Shown here: positions 63,397 through 64,000 of the stretch, piece by piece
Numbering within the stretch: position 1 is the first letter of the stretch
Layout of the letters: every line of letters begins with the position of its first letter
Assembly: GCA_965644315.1 (NCBI GenBank)
Contig: CBFFRQ010000062.1
Span: 1 to 64,000 of the forward strand
DNA: 64,000 nt
Direction: 5' to 3'
Source: Caecitellus pseudoparvulus
Taxonomy: Eukaryota > Protista > Bigyra: Bicosoecida
Position numbers and translations under genes: made by a program
Notes under the pieces: model-generated
The model's database searches: none
Seen by the model: only the letters and a program-made list of their open reading frames with translations
Told to the model about the DNA's origin: nothing

Positions 63397-64000
63397 TCAC
63401 AGGGCCGTGTAGTGGTTCAGCGCGTACAGCAGCACCCGCCCCTTGTCGTTGCCCATGGCCAGGTAGGAGCTGTCTGGGGAGAACGCCACGCTCTCCACGT
63501 AGTGCAGGGGAGTGCCTGACGTGGGCCAGTTCTGGTACACCGTCCCGCTGGGCACGTGCAGCAGGCGCAGCTGGTCCTGTAGCCGGTGCGATGCCAGCGC
63601 CATCAGCTGCCCATCATGGTTGAAGGCCAGCGCGTCAATGGCAGTGGTCAAGTTCATCACTGCCTTACGGGGCTTCGTGCCGGCGGCGGCACTAGCACTG
63701 GTGCCGCTGGCCCCCAACGGCGCAAAGGCACCCCCCCCCCCACCGCCTCCACTGCCGCCGCTCCAGGCAGTGGGGGCGTCATACAGGTTCACGACGCCAG
63801 AGGCGGCCCCCACTGCAAAGACCCCCGTTGGCCTGTGCATGGCCACTGCAGTGCCTGCCGACAGCCCCTCATCCTCATGCCGCGCGAGGCACTTGCGTGT
63901 GCGCATGTCCCAGTGGTACACTTCTCCATCAGTGCCGACTGTGACGAGCAGCGTGCCATCAGGTGAGAAGCTGCCTGCACGCACCTGCCCGTTCATCTTC
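63397..64000 (-). CDS. UTP18: U3 snoRNA-associated protein 18 (WD40), 3' part; runs off the window
   Basis: NLTT.I..L.FNHDGQLMALAS....QLRLLHVPSGTVYQNWPT..TPL....V.FSP...YLAMGNDKGRVLLY.L.HY. Confidence 0.95.
   Translation of the reverse strand, partial: KMNGQVRAGSFSPDGTLLVTVGTDGEVYHWDMRTRKCLARHEDEGLSAGTAVAMHRPTGVFAVGAASGVVNLYDAPTAWSGGSGGGGGGGAFAPLGASGTSASAAAGTKPRKAVMNLTTAIDALAFNHDGQLMALASHRLQDQLRLLHVPSGTVYQNWPTSGTPLHYVESVAFSPDSSYLAMGNDKGRVLLYALNHYTAL

Overview
This is a gene-dense, GC-rich eukaryotic window with short GT-AG introns (donors mostly GTGCGT/GTGAG). The organism is most plausibly a heterotrophic protist, possibly a stramenopile; that assignment is inference. Most of 14.4-64 kb is housekeeping or signalling genes: a TPR/SAM/FH2 formin, an intronless four-domain EEEE voltage-gated Ca2+ channel, DIM1, a YeeE/YedE transporter, a TMEM53-like hydrolase, an ACBP protein, two tandem B56-like paralogs, a coiled-coil protein, a secreted glycosyltransferase-like protein, SDA1, NAXD, an M17 aminopeptidase, a TTC14-like TPR protein, VDAC and UTP18. 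At about 3.7-12.3 kb there is a visibly less GC-rich accessory island. It holds an FN3-like gene fragment abutting a 5'-incomplete CAMK kinase and a decayed DDE (Dada/DUF6729-like) transposase with four in-frame stops and no frameshift. It also holds an ankyrin gene whose 114-bp repeats vary mainly at binding-face positions, and a co-oriented P-loop NTPase with a putative PD-(D/E)xK-like nuclease tail (Crinkler-like). Best leads: (1) the ankyrin plus NTPase-nuclease pair as a candidate split sensor/effector defence module; (2) a palindromic AATGCATT motif in three tiny convergent intergenic gaps, a candidate bidirectional 3'-end signal; (3) patchwork near-identity between the B56-like paralogs. 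All family assignments come from motif recognition by eye, not database searches.
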